Source of the DNA: Octopus bimaculoides
Taxonomy: Eukaryota
DNA: 50,545 nt
Assembly (NCBI RefSeq): GCF_001194135.2
Contig: NC_068990.1
Span: 73,111,547-73,162,091 of the forward strand
Direction: 5' to 3'
Shown here: positions 11,828-23,236 of the stretch, piece by piece
Layout: each line of letters begins with the position of its first letter
Position numbering within the stretch: position 1 is the first letter of the stretch
Notes under the pieces: generated by a model
Told to the model about the DNA's origin: nothing
Seen by the model: the letters and a program-made list of their open reading frames with translations, nothing else
Database searches by the model: none
Program-made: the position numbers and the translations under genes

Positions 11828-13224
11828 GCACACACACATATATATGTATGTGTGTATGTATGTATGAGTGTGTGTGTGTGTGTATTAGCATGTTTATTTC
11901 CCTGTAACTTAATGTTTTCAAAAAAGACCAATTGAATAAGTTATCAGGCTTTAAAAAAAGTGAAACTATTGGGGTCGATTTATTTGATTAAAATTTCTTC
12001 AAGTCAGTGCCCCAGCATGGCCGCAGTCTAATGACTGAAGTAAATAAAAAAATAAAAGCTATGTATGTATACACATGCATATACATATATAATATATCAA
12101 TATATTTATATACACACACAACACATGCTGATACATACACTAATATATTATATATGCATACATAAAGCAATCAATCAATCAATCAATCAAATGGCCTTCT
12201 TCTTAGTTTCTGCCAAACAGATTCACTTTCAAGGCGGTAATCAGTTCAGTGTTATATTAAAAGACACTTGCCCGAAGTGACATGCATTTAAATGGAACCT
12301 GAAACCTAGGGTTGCAAAATGAACTCCTTAAATGCACTGCAATTCCAATGTCTATATTTTAAAATATTAATTAATTTTTCTGCTGCAGTCAAGCATTTGT
12401 TTGCTCATCAAAAATGGTAAACAGAAACAGAATTACTTAATTTCAGAAGATACTTATAAAACAAAAATACGATTGTGTGACATTCATGCCTTTCTAGAAG
12501 ATATTTTTGATATGAATACAGAGAAACTGTTCCTGTTTGGAATTTAAATCATGTGATCGTATCAGTGGCTAGTACAGTTCTACATTACTCACTCTCTACT
12601 TAAGTTTTCTTTTCTTTCCCCCTGAATCTCATAAAGTCTTAATAACTTTAAAATCTTCTTGATACATATTTTTCTTCTTCTCATTTTAATTTCACATTAT
12701 AAATTGGATTGGACTAGTATGAAAACAAAAACGTTAAATTGATGTGTTATGCTGCGATTTTGTTACTTAAGTTTGTTGATTTATTACTAAATCATTTTGG
12801 TTCAATTCTATTGTTTTTTAGTTTCCACTGACAGAGATATAGTAGTCAAATAAACAAACTTTAATATCACTTTCAAAATTGAATCGTGTTTTTTATTTTC
12901 ATCATTTTAATTTAACTCTTTCTATTTTTTTTTATTACTACCAGTAGAATCAGTGTGCAAATGTCATTTCAAGATATGGAATATTCTGTCAATAAGTGGT
13001 TTAAAATCTCAAATAGTCTTGGACTAATTTCAAAACTAAGTGAAAAGTCTGTTTGTTTCTGTGGCTTAAAATTATATTTTTTAAATGCTACATATTGGAA
13101 CAAAAGGAAAAGTTGAGTCAGGCAGGATTTGAACTCAGAACTAGAAGCACTGGAACAAATATTGAAAGACATTTTGTTCAATGTCCTTAGAATTCTGCTA
13201 CTTCATTGCACTAAAAAATAATTG

Positions 13225-13458
13225 TCACGAGGTGCCACATATAAAGCACCCATACCAATTCCAAGTAAGAAGCACCTAGTACACTCTGTAAAGTGGTTGG
13301 CATTAGGAAGAGCATCCAGCCATAAAAACCATGCCAAAGCAAACAACTGAAAGCTGGTGCAGCTCTCTGGCTGGCCAGCTCCTATCAAACTATCCAACCT
13401 AAGCCAGCATGGAAAACATATATTAAAATATGATGATGACGACGACGATGATGATGTC
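13225..13458 (+). mobile_element. Interspersed repeat family 3 with (GAT)n tail (RTE-type SINE/LINE 3' end)
   Basis: GGTTGGCATTAGGAAGAGCATCC motif and ..GCATGGAAAA..(GAT/GAC)n tail; shared with copies near 7040, 17180, 30045, 36075, 40672, 41195, 43900 and 47775. Confidence 0.7.
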
Positions 13459-13888
13459 ATTCCCCTTCATCATAAACAAAGCTTAACCAATCCCTTAAAT
13501 GAAACTAATGATTGAAATATTAAAGGAACAGTCACATAAGTAAATTATTTCTTTTAAAAAAGGGAAATAATTTAATTTTTCATGTGGAGATATATTTATT
13601 CTTCAATAAGAAGGGCAAAGGGTTTGAACCAGTTCAGTTCAGATATTGTGTAGCAGGCTAAAGTCTGTTTTAATTTAGTGAACTGTTGACATATTTAGGC
13701 TAAGCTTAAAACCAATTGTTTATACAGGAATGAATTGTATTTAATTAGTTATGTACATGCTTATCACCACAAAACAAAGTCTACATGATAAGTTGATTCT
13801 GTGATAAACACATCTATAAATGAATGAAAACTGAAACCATTTAGGAACCTATCAAAGAGGACAGAAATGTTGTTCTGATTGTAACTAG

Positions 13889-14107
13889 AATATTGGTTTC
13901 AAATTTTGGCACAAGGCCAACAATTTAGGGGGAAGAGGTGAGTCGATTACATCAACCCCAGTAGTCAACTGGTACATATTTTATTGATTCCAAAATGACG
14001 AAAGGTGAAGTTGACCTTGGTAGAATTTGAACTCAGGGCATAATGATGGATTAAATGCCATTAAGCATTTTGCTTGGTGTGCTTACAATTCTACCAGCTT
14101 ACCACCT
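13889..14107 (-). mobile_element. SINE family 2
   Basis: Reverse complement of GGTGGTAAGCTGGTAGAAT..GAGTTCAAATTC..TTCACCTTTCGTCATTTTGG..TGTGCCAAAATTTGAAACCAATA. Confidence 0.8.
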
Positions 14108-14121
14108 TAAATATAACTAGG

Positions 14122-14350
14122 ATATTGATTTAAAATTTTGGCACAAAGTCAGCAACATCGGGAGAGGGGGTAAATTGATTACACTGACCCCCACCACTTT
14201 CCCAGTGCTCAGCTGGTACTTATTTTATCGACCCTGAAAGGGTGAAAATTAAAGCTGACCTCAGCAGAATTTGAACTCAGAACATAATGACAGACAAAAT
14301 GCCATTAAGCATTTTCCCAGCATGCTTATAATTCTGCCTGCTTACCACCT
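14122..14350 (-). mobile_element. SINE family 2, head-to-tail with the previous copy
   Basis: Same head, B box GAGTTCAAATTC, CTTTCACCCTTTCAGGGTCGATAAAATAAGTACCAG core and tail. Confidence 0.8.
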
Positions 14351-14393
14351 TAAATGTAATTAGAATAAAGTCTTATTTGTTGATAGTTTAGAC

Positions 14394-14640
14394 TATTACC
14401 TTCTATCTTAGCGAAGGCAGAGTTATTGTGTTCAGTTGTGTTTGTTTGTTTGTTCATCCATGGACAAGATATCTCAAGAACTGCTGGGTGGATTCGACTG
14501 AAACTTTCAGGGATGTTTGGCCTCACGACTGGTGTGAAATGATTAGATTTTGGGATCAATCCAGTTCCGGACAAAGATTCTGGATTATTTGTTATATTTA
14601 CTTTACGTGGTCATGATTTTACATTGATTTATCTCCCTTT
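14394..14640 (+). mobile_element. Helentron-associated non-autonomous element (HINE-like), 5' part
   Basis: Starts TATTACCTTC..GAAGG (5' hairpin), then a (GTTT)n tract and ..GATTAGATTTTGGGATCAATCC; this is the HINE/DINE-1-type layout. Confidence 0.55.
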
Positions 14641-14686
14641 AGGCTGTTTCTAAAGTTTCATTTCTCTATTGTTAATTTTTACTCAC

Positions 14687-14726
14687 ATCTGTATTTTAGT
14701 AGAAACTGATGGATTAAGAAATCAAA
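14687..14726 (-). CDS. Candidate 40-nt exon (FDFLIHQFLLKYR)
   Basis: tgtttgtttatgtag|...|gtgagt; one frame open. May instead be HINE internal sequence. Confidence 0.12.
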
Positions 14727-14968
14727 CTACATAAACAAACAGCAGCAAAACCAATCAGAAATTAAATAAAACTAACATATTTTCATAATATACATATCAT
14801 ATATTATACATATATATTAACTCTTCAGCGTATTCTTACATATATACATACATCTATACATTGATCTAAAACAACAGGAATACTAAAGGAAGGCTGGAAT
14901 TTAAGAGAAGAGAAAACCAGAAGGTCTCATGCTATTGATTTAAAAATTCCCGAGAAGAACTTATTATT

Positions 14969-15312
14969 ATTACCTCTGCCTTTGAAACTATTTTGAATGG
15001 CAAATTTGTTAACTTTGGCTTGTATCAGATAAGGATAAACTATTTATTACTGTTACTAAATTTTCTACTGTCACTTTCACATTCCATGACTACCATTGGG
15101 ATGGATCAAGTACTGGATAAGGATTCTGGGTTATATTTCGTTTTTTTTTTACTTAATTTTTGAGAGTAGTGAAGTTCATTTTTAGTATTCTCGTTTGTGA
15201 GAACATTTGAGTTTATTTCAGATACTCTCGTTTTAAAAATCATCTCTGGCTAATCATTGAAAGGATGTTGGTGTTGCCTTGGCAGAAGCTTGCACTCTCT
15301 GAGTGCTCTTGT
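14969..15312 (+). mobile_element. HINE-like element with subterminal inverted repeat and 3' hairpin
   Basis: 5' ATTACCTCTGCC; 3' CCTTGGCAGAAGCT (15277-15290) followed by hairpin GCACTC-TCT-GAGTGC (15292-15306) and TCTTGTT. Confidence 0.65.
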
Positions 15313-15911
15313 TATATATATTTTTAGTAAAATTAATTTTTATATATTTAATGGGGTGTCATTCACTATGTATCACATGTAACGAGTTAGTCTATTTACA
15401 AATGGTGTGGGTACATTTCATTTTAAGGGTACTTCATATGTTTATTTTAATTTTTATCATTCATGGAATGTTTATTTAAATATAATTTATTCTTTAAAAA
15501 GTTATTAAATATATATATATATATATACATATGTGTACATATATATATACCTACATGCATATTTCTTTACCCTTATGAATATAACAAGTTCTCTATCCCT
15601 CATTTATTTAATATAATTGTTAAATTATTTATTTTTATACATCAGCTGGTAGTGAGGTTTTCTATGTGTATTCCTCCATTTGGTTAATATGAAATTATTA
15701 GTTCTAGATATTTATTTGTTTACATAATGCCTATTTAATTATGTTTATTTCGAATTACTAGATGTCTATAATGTCTATTTAATTCTATTTATTTGAATTT
15801 ATTAAATGTAAATTTAATCCTACATGGGCAAGAAAAAACGCTTTTTTCTTAGTTGTAATGATCTGGAAAATTTCTTCAATGCATAAGTCATACCTTATAT
15901 ATATATATATA

Positions 15912-17173
15912 CAGGAGTTGAACAAAATAATGGAAACACCTTAAAATTTCAAATAAATTTATTTTAATATGGGGTAAGACCACGTTTGGCAGTTATTGCA
16001 GTTTGAATTCTATGAAGTATGGACTCATACAAAATTTGAATTATTTCCAAAGGAATTTTTGTCCATTCTTCAGCTAAAACAGTCTCCAGTTCTTGTAGTG
16101 ATGATGGTGGAGGATATCAACTCCTTACTTGTTTTTCTAAAATGCACCATAAATGTTCAGTAATATTGAGATCTGGGGACTGTGGTAGCCAGATAAGATG
16201 TTCCTCATGCCATTCAGCAACAACTTTAGCTGTGTGAATTGGTGCATTATCATCCTGAAAGATTGTGTTTCCCTCTGGAAACAGTTCCACAACCATAAGA
16301 TGAATTTGATCAGATAAAATGCTTAAATAGTCTTGATTATTAATTATGCCATGAAGGGAAACCATTGGACTTGCAATTTCCAAGATATAGCCCCCCTCCC
16401 CAGATCATCACAGAGCCTCCTCCATGTTTAACAGTTGGAAGAAGGTAGTCTGAGTCAAATGCTTCTTTTGGCTGTCTCTACATGTAAACTCAGCTGATGG
16501 TCGAAAATAAGGTAAAGGATGACTCGTCCGAGAAAATAACATTCTTCCACTGCTCTAGGGACCAATTCTGTAGGTTTTTATTCCACTCTATGTACTTTGC
16601 AACGGTTGTTTTTGAAAGTAGTAGTTTTCTGATTGCAACCCTCTCATGAAATCTGGCTTTGTGCAGCTCCTGGCGAACAGTTTTTGTGGAAACTTGGTTC
16701 TCGAGGTGGTCATTAAGCTCTCCAGTAATTTTGAGAGCTGTACTTTTGTGATCCTTTCTAATAATTTGTGTAAGTGTCTGACGGTCCCTATCTGAAAGTT
16801 TTGGTATTCGTCCAGAGTATTGTTTAGACAAGGTTTTTCCCTCTTTCTCAAAGGCTATCATTACTTTCAAGACAGTACTTCTTGATACACCAAACCACCA
16901 AACATTTTGGGTGTTTTCGTTACACTAACGCCTACCATATGAGCACCGACAGTTTGACCTCTTTGAAGGTCCAATAGATCTGTCATTTGAATGAATTTTA
17001 ATTACCTTTTTCTGATGATATCTGAAAAGAAACAGCAATTTTAGCAAAACATTAAGCAACACTAATAATAAATCAAAAAACATACAAATAAACAAGCTTT
17101 TGATGGTTTTATAGATATTTCAAAATTATGATGTTATGATGCTAGGTGTTTCCATTATTTGGTCCAACCCTTG
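15912..17173 (-). mobile_element. Tc1-family DNA transposon, near full length, decayed DD34E transposase
   Basis: ~29-bp TIRs CAGGAGTTGAACAAAATAATGGAAACACC / rc CAAGGGTTGGACCAAATAATGGAAACACC (4 mismatches), TA on both sides. ORF pieces GRIPKLSDRD..STKTVRQELH..W.NVIFSDES..F and IFQDDNAPIHTAK..W.PQSPDLN.TEHLW. Confidence 0.95.
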
Positions 17174-17759
17174 TATATAAGGGTATCCAGCCATAGCAAA
17201 TCTGCCTCATCAAATTCCGTGTAATGCATGCAAGCATGGAAAGGTGTTAAAATTGATGAGGAAAAAAATTAGAGTTACATGTGCTTTGCAAGGTTCACAA
17301 AATAACTCATAAGAAGTACCAAAGTTTGAAACCCAAACGAAATTCTGGGTTGAAATAACGCCCTTTATCCCTGTTGCTTGGCTTTATTTTTATAACCTTA
17401 ATGCTCTAATAAAATATTGGAACGTCACAACTCCTAATTATCCTCTCTTATAAATCCCAGGTCTTTGTCCCTGTGTAAGCATTTATAAGTTTCAAATATC
17501 ATTTACTGAACTTGATCTTCCCATGCATATAACACACTCATGTGAAAATTCTTTGAACGCTTTGTTACCATTTATGATATTAAGAAACATAAGTGGTTCC
17601 AGCAATTGTAAACTAACGTCACAGTATAAAACAGAAATAACTTAAATATTCCAGTTTCCTTCACTTTCTATCTTCTTTAGACATAAAGCTAACTCTTAAC
17701 TTTCAATTTCCACTCATAAACCAAAGGAAAGATATTTTCTTTTATTTCTCTTATTGCAA

Positions 17760-18560
17760 AATCTTACTACTTTCTGAATGAGGTAAACCATGTGTATGAG
17801 CAACAAAGCCTTCATCAACTACAAATTCACTAAACAAGTTCAACCCTTACTGGAGCTAGGACCATTACATAGTATTAATGTATGCTATGATATAGGCAAC
17901 AAAGTCTTCATAAATTACGTACAATTTTTATTTCTATTTTATTAGAAAGTCCCAAACAAGGCAAGAAGCCACTTAACATTATGGACTATGAAGAAGGACA
18001 AATTAAGACGAAAGGGATAAATTTACTTTAGACTTGAAAGAGATCAGGTCATAAGAAAGCAAGAAGATTTGAGATGGAAGAAAATTCCAAAGTCTGGCAG
18101 CTTGCAGGAAAAAGCTATGACTTTAGAAAGACTTTCTTATTCATGGAAGCACAACAACATTTCAAGGTAGACGTTGTGTTACAATGCCTGTTTTACTTGG
18201 CTGAAGTGATAGGTACATCATTACTTCTAGATCTGCAAGAAATACCAGCCAAAATTCCCTCATACTTAACCTTACAGTCTTAAAATAAAATATGGAAAGA
18301 CACATTGAATAATGTAGATCATTACTTGAAAAAATGGGATTGTAATGGTTGGAAAGCCTTTGACTATATGTCTGTTGAATCAAAGTTAACTTTCCATATT
18401 CTTTCTATTTTGACATAAAAAAAGAAATGAATGAAAATTACTCTTTTTAATGAACAGAGCCTAAATGTTGATGAAAGCATTGGAGAAGAATTGATAAGCA
18501 CTGTTGCCTGGAATGTGACACAAACTGATAATATTATCCACATTTCAGAGATGAAACAAT
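17760..18560 (+). mobile_element. Ancient RTE-like LINE reverse transcriptase C-terminal relic
   Basis: KKARRF..SKVW..LF..VVLQCLFYLAE resembles RTE KARxAF..IW..VLLYGAETW, and KIWKDTLNN resembles IxWxDxVxN; many stops. Confidence 0.4.
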
Positions 18561-18565
18561 GCCAA

Positions 18566-18655
18566 TAATAATAATAATAATAATGATGATGATGATGATG
18601 ATGAGGAGGAGGAGGAGGAGGAGGATGATGATGATGATGATGATTATTATTATTA
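18566..18655. repeat. Compound triplet microsatellite (AAT)n(GAT)n(GAG)n(GAT)n(TAT)n
   Basis: Directly visible; abuts the tail of the minus-strand SINE at 18655. Confidence 0.95.
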
Positions 18656-19160
18656 TTCTTTTGCTCTTTTGCCTGTTTCAGACTGTGGCCATGCTGGAGC
18701 ACCGCCTTTAGTTGAGCAAATCGACCCCAGAACTTATTCTTTGGATGCCTAGTACTTATTCTATCAGCCTCTTTTGCTGAACCACTTAGTTATGGTGATA
18801 TAAACACACCAGCATTGGTTGTCAAGCGATGTTGGGGGGGGGGGACAAACACAGACACACAAACATATACACACACATACATATATATTTATATACTTAT
18901 GTATGACGGGCTTTTTCAGTTACTGTCTACCAAATCCACTCACAAGGTTTTGGTCGGCCCGAGGCTATAGTAGAAGACACTTGCCCAAGATGCCACACAA
19001 TGGGGCTGAACCCGGAACCATGTGGTTCGTAAGCAAGCTACTTACCACACAGCCACTCTTACATCTANNNNNNNNNNGCCCAAGATGCCACACAATGGGG
19101 CTGAACCCGGAACCATGTGGTTCGTAAGCAAGCTACTTACCACACAGCCACTCTTACATC

Positions 19161-19162
<2 letters not shown>
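18655..19162 (-). mobile_element. SINE family 1, full copy (head duplicated across an N gap)
   Basis: 18983-19067 is repeated exactly at 19078-19162 across the 10-N gap. Confidence 0.85.
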
Positions 19163-19205
<43 letters not shown>

Positions 19206-19601
19206 TATTATTATTATTTGCAAATGATCCCTGGCTTACCATCCATGCAGGATGTGTAAAAGATTGTCTTAATTGGTACATCACACGTATTGAGAAGAGC
19301 ATTGTCACTGTGAATTTTCTCTCCTTTTACCCCTTTATTATCTTTGTTTTATTTTCATTTTTTCAATATTTTCTTCTTTCTTCTTTCCTTTTTCTCTCTG
19401 TTTTTCTTCCCCTTTGTTTCTGTTACATGACTTTGTAAATGAACAATCTGGTGTCTTTATTTTAATGGCCTACCAATGTATACAGTGAGTTACTTTGCCC
19501 TAAGTCTCGGCAAGACACTCGGCAAGAAATGGAAACAAAATTGAAAGAGGATAATAATAATAACAATGATAATAATAGGTTAATCTGTTGTGCATATATG
19601 A

Positions 19602-19641
<40 letters not shown>

Positions 19642-19940
19642 TTNNNNNNNNNNNNNNNNNNNNNNNNNNNNNNNNNNNNNNNNNNNNNNNNNNNNNNNNN
19701 NNNNNNNNNNNNNNNNNNNNNNNNNNNNNNNNNNNNNNNNNNNNNNNNNNNNNNNNNNNNNNNNNNNNNNNNNNNNNNNNNNNNNNNNNNNNNNNNNNNN
19801 NNNNNNNNNNNNNNNNNNNNNNNNNNNNNNNNNNNNNNNNNNNNNNNNNNNNNNNNNNNNNNNNNNNNNNNNNNNNNNNNNNNNNNNNNNNNNNNNNNNN
19901 NNNNNNNNNNNNNNNNNNNNNNNNNNNNNNNNNNNNNNNN

Positions 19941-19996
<56 letters not shown>

Positions 19997-20227
19997 GACA
20001 TATGTTGTGAGAAATATATGTATATTTTTTATTGCATCAGAAAGACCAAAAAAAAAGAATGTAATTATACATGACAATAGTCTGACAATAGCAAAATAAA
20101 AATACTTTGATATGTTACAGTGAATTGACAGAGTTGATAGAAGAGTTGTTCTCAACTATTTTTTTAAACTTGCAGCCCCTTTGGTTCTCATTTTTCTCAG
20201 ATGGACCATCATAGCCATTCAATTCTT

Positions 20228-20405
20228 TTATTCTTTTATTCTTTTACTTGTTTCAGTCATTTGGCTACAGCCTTGCTGGAGTACTACCTTAAAGAGATTT
20301 TATTCGAAGAAATCAACCCCAGGACCTTATTCTTTGTAAGCCTAGTACTTCTATTGGTCCCTTTTGCAGAATCACTAAGATGTAAATACATCAACATTGG
20401 TTATC
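20228..20405 (-). mobile_element. SINE family 1, 3' part, abutting a truncated hAT MITE copy (~20145-20220)
   Basis: TTGTTTCAGTCATT..GCTGGAG..CCCAGGACCTTATTCTTTGTAAGCCTAGTACTT; upstream GTTGTTCTCAAC..CTCAGATGGACC.TCATAGCCATTC matches the 1643 MITE. Confidence 0.7.
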
Positions 20406-20674
20406 AATTCAGAGTCAATAAAAGTGTACCAATCCAGAACAGTGGATTTACTGAACTGTAATGGTTTTTATTCGAATAAAAACCTTTAAGGTAGCATTTT
20501 TTCGAATAAAAACACTTTAATCTAGCATGGTGAGTAAGGCAAATCTTTAAAACAGAGGTCAGCACTAAATTAATGTTGCTGGATGGAGTGAAAAAAAGAG
20601 AGCTCCTCCTGTTGGGGGAAAAATAATAACATGTACTCTGGTGAAGGAATGACGGTTGCAATGTATTGTTTTAC

Positions 20675-20791
20675 TTTCAATGTAACAAAGCTGTTTTTAA
20701 TTTCATCATCTGCCGGTGTTCCTAGTTTCTCATGGCTTGAGTTGAAGGCTATTGCCAACAAACATCCACTGCCAGATGTTTCTAGTCTGTC
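20675..20791 (-). CDS. Candidate 117-nt exon (DRLETSGSGCLLAIAFNSSHEKLGTPADDEIKNSFVTLK)
   Basis: Unique, moderately GC-rich island with an open frame, acceptor ttttcaattaag and a weak donor gtaaaa. A plus-strand frame is also open. Confidence 0.15.
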
Positions 20792-20843
20792 CTTAATTGA
20801 AAAATTATAAATCTGATCACTGTGAGGTATGGAAAGTCTCAAA

Positions 20844-21104
20844 CAATTGTTCTCAACCGTTTTTTTTTTTAACCTATGGACCCCTTTGATTCCTATTTTA
20901 TTTGTATGGACTTCCATAGCCATCTGAGGTTTTAAAAATCCTGTTATAGTTTTACAATTGGATATTAATAGGAATTGTATTAAGATATTGATAAAACATT
21001 TTGTGTATTGTAAATTCATAAAACCAATTTATTGCTCATAAATTTTATCAACAAAATTTTATGTGGACCCTTAGGGTCAGATGGACCCTACTTGAGAACC
21101 ATTG
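20844..21104. mobile_element. hAT (Charlie-like) MITE, second copy
   Basis: TIRs CAATTGTTCTCAA / TTGAGAACCATTG; flanks GTCTCAAA / TTCTAAAA (6/8); internal sequence homologous to 1643-1923. Confidence 0.8.
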
Positions 21105-21997
21105 TTCTAAAAGTTCATGCTCTTGTCTTTCGACAAGAATAAAGAGCAAGAGTATGGAATGTTAGATTTACCATGCATCATAATTGTCAAACTTATCGAC
21201 ATCCTATGAACTGTTATTGGTGACTGTTAATACTTGATAAATATATTTGGTCAAGTCACTTGTGAGGTCTCTCATGAGTGCTACTTGTAACATGGAATCC
21301 AGTACAACCTTTTGCATGGTTGGTTTATCAACAGCTAAACTGGCACCCCTATAAGGTTTGCTTGGTGGGGAGGGTTGCTATTAATTCAACATGACTGATA
21401 AAAACAAGATCAGTTGAAAGGACTAATGTAGGCTCAATTACTATCAAGCAATAGCATGGGCCCTCAAAAATTTTGGGTTAGTGTCTGGTGTACTGGAAGA
21501 CCACTGGGAGTGAAGCACCTCTTAGTTTTTGTTAAAGCATGTATCTAGAACCCACTTCAAACCCAGGCTATGTCTGCCCCAATAATTGGCAGTGATTTGG
21601 TCAGCAAATCCTCTCCAACAGTTAACAATTAATGGCAAGATGTGCTGCTATAGATTGCACTATCCTCAAGTATGTACACTTGTGACTGGGTACCATATTT
21701 GAACTTGTATTCCCACAGAAACTCTGAACTCATTGGTTGAAGCTGGATCAACCTGCCCCAGGTAAATGTCACCACAAACAAACAAGAATAATTATCTTAA
21801 GATTGTTGATGCTTGGCAGGTGATATTAACTGTCATTAAATTAGTAGAATTGTTAATGAGTTGAATAAAATTCTTTATGGTATTTAGTAATTGCCCTCTG
21901 TTTTCTGAGGTAAAATCCCACTATTGACTTTCATCTTTCTGTTGGGGGTCTCTAAAATAACATAAGTACTGGATTTAATATAATTAACAGTTTTTAG

Positions 21998-22213
21998 GGC
22001 AGTAAGCTGGCAGAATCATTAGCATGCAGGGCTAACTATTTAGCAGCATTTCATCTGTCTTTATGTTCTGAGTTCAAATTCTGCGAGGGTTGGTTTTGCC
22101 TTTCATCCTCTTGGGGTTGATAAAATAAGTACCAGTTGAACAGTGGGGTTGATTTTATCAACGTAACCCCTCCCCCGAAATTGCTGGCTTTGCACCAAAA
22201 TTTGAAACCGATA
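21998..22213 (+). mobile_element. SINE family 2, full copy
   Basis: GGCAGTAAGCTGGCAGAATCATTAGCA..GAGTTCAAATTC..GCCTTTCATCC..GATAAAATAAGTACCAG..CCAAAATTTGAAACC; further degraded copies at ~22270-22650 (+) and 22715-22830 (-). Confidence 0.85.
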
Positions 22214-23236
22214 TAACTGACAGTTTCTTTTCATCCAAATTTCTGTTCTTAGCAGTCATTATTTGCTAAAGGCAGAAGATTGGAAGAATTAGTGGGAAAA
22301 TGCCAGAAATGGTGGTGGAATATTAGGTAGTATTTAGTTACACCTTTATATATTGTTATTATGAATCCCATCATGGTCAACTCAGTTTTCAGCCCTCCAG
22401 AGTGGATAAAATAATTACCAATGAAGTTCTGTTCTTTCTGTTCAGCTATTTTTGATCCCTTGCCACATAAAGCTTCAACATGGCACTATCAGTTTTTTTT
22501 TGTACTACCTCTCTGTGCTGACAAACTGCAGTTTGCAAAAATGTTTCCATCCTTTCGGGGTCAATAAAATTAGTACCAGCTGAGCACTGGGGGTTGATGT
22601 AATCAACTTATCCATCCCCTAAAATTGCTGGTCTGGTGCCAAAAAGAAAAAAAAAATTAAAACAATATTTCTTCTAATCCACTCCTTTAAGCTGATTCTT
22701 TATTTATTATTGACTCTGAAAAGGAGAAAGGGCAAGTTGACTCCCATAAAATTTGAACTTAGAATGTAGAGAGCTGGGATGGATACCACAAGGCATTTTA
22801 TCCAATGCTCTAATGACATCTTTGTCAGTTTTTAACCTCAGTGAATTACTTGGGTTGATATAAACAGCTGTACCTCTACTACTAAAGTGTGGCCTTGCGC
22901 TAATGATAAAAGCATTTATTAAAGCAACTGCTGTTAATTTTTCACAATTTGACATCGTTTGGCAGGTTGTTATTGATTGAAAGATATTGCTAACCTTTTT
23001 ATTGATCAGTATAAGACAACTATCTTATTTTTCTTTGAAAGCTGTTGACATTTTATTATTGTTTCAGGGTCTTTCAAAGACATTTTATTATTGATTTGTA
23101 GTTTCTTATGTATTTTTGTCATTGTTTCACATGAATTGAAGGTCCATCAATGCTTTGTTGTAGTCGGTGGCATTGTTAGTTTTTGTTATTTGTTGTCTTA
23201 AGAATTATTAACTGTAGATAAAAATACTTCCACTAT

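Noticed and set aside
214-12560. Alternative plus-strand exon set (~214-320, ~8248-8290, ~9314-9401, ~12447-12550)
   Set aside because: The phases do not chain throughout, several donors are weak and no homology is recognisable. It is not excluded, and it shows how easily such candidates arise by chance here.
18032-18165. Plus-strand exon-like stretch RLERDQVIRKQEDLRWKKIPK..ISR
   Set aside because: An overlapping frame matches RTE reverse transcriptase motifs, so a decayed LINE explains it better; the donor gtagac is weak.
18983-19162. Exact 85-bp tandem duplication of a SINE head
   Set aside because: The identical copies flank a 10-N gap, which is typical of an unmerged contig overlap.
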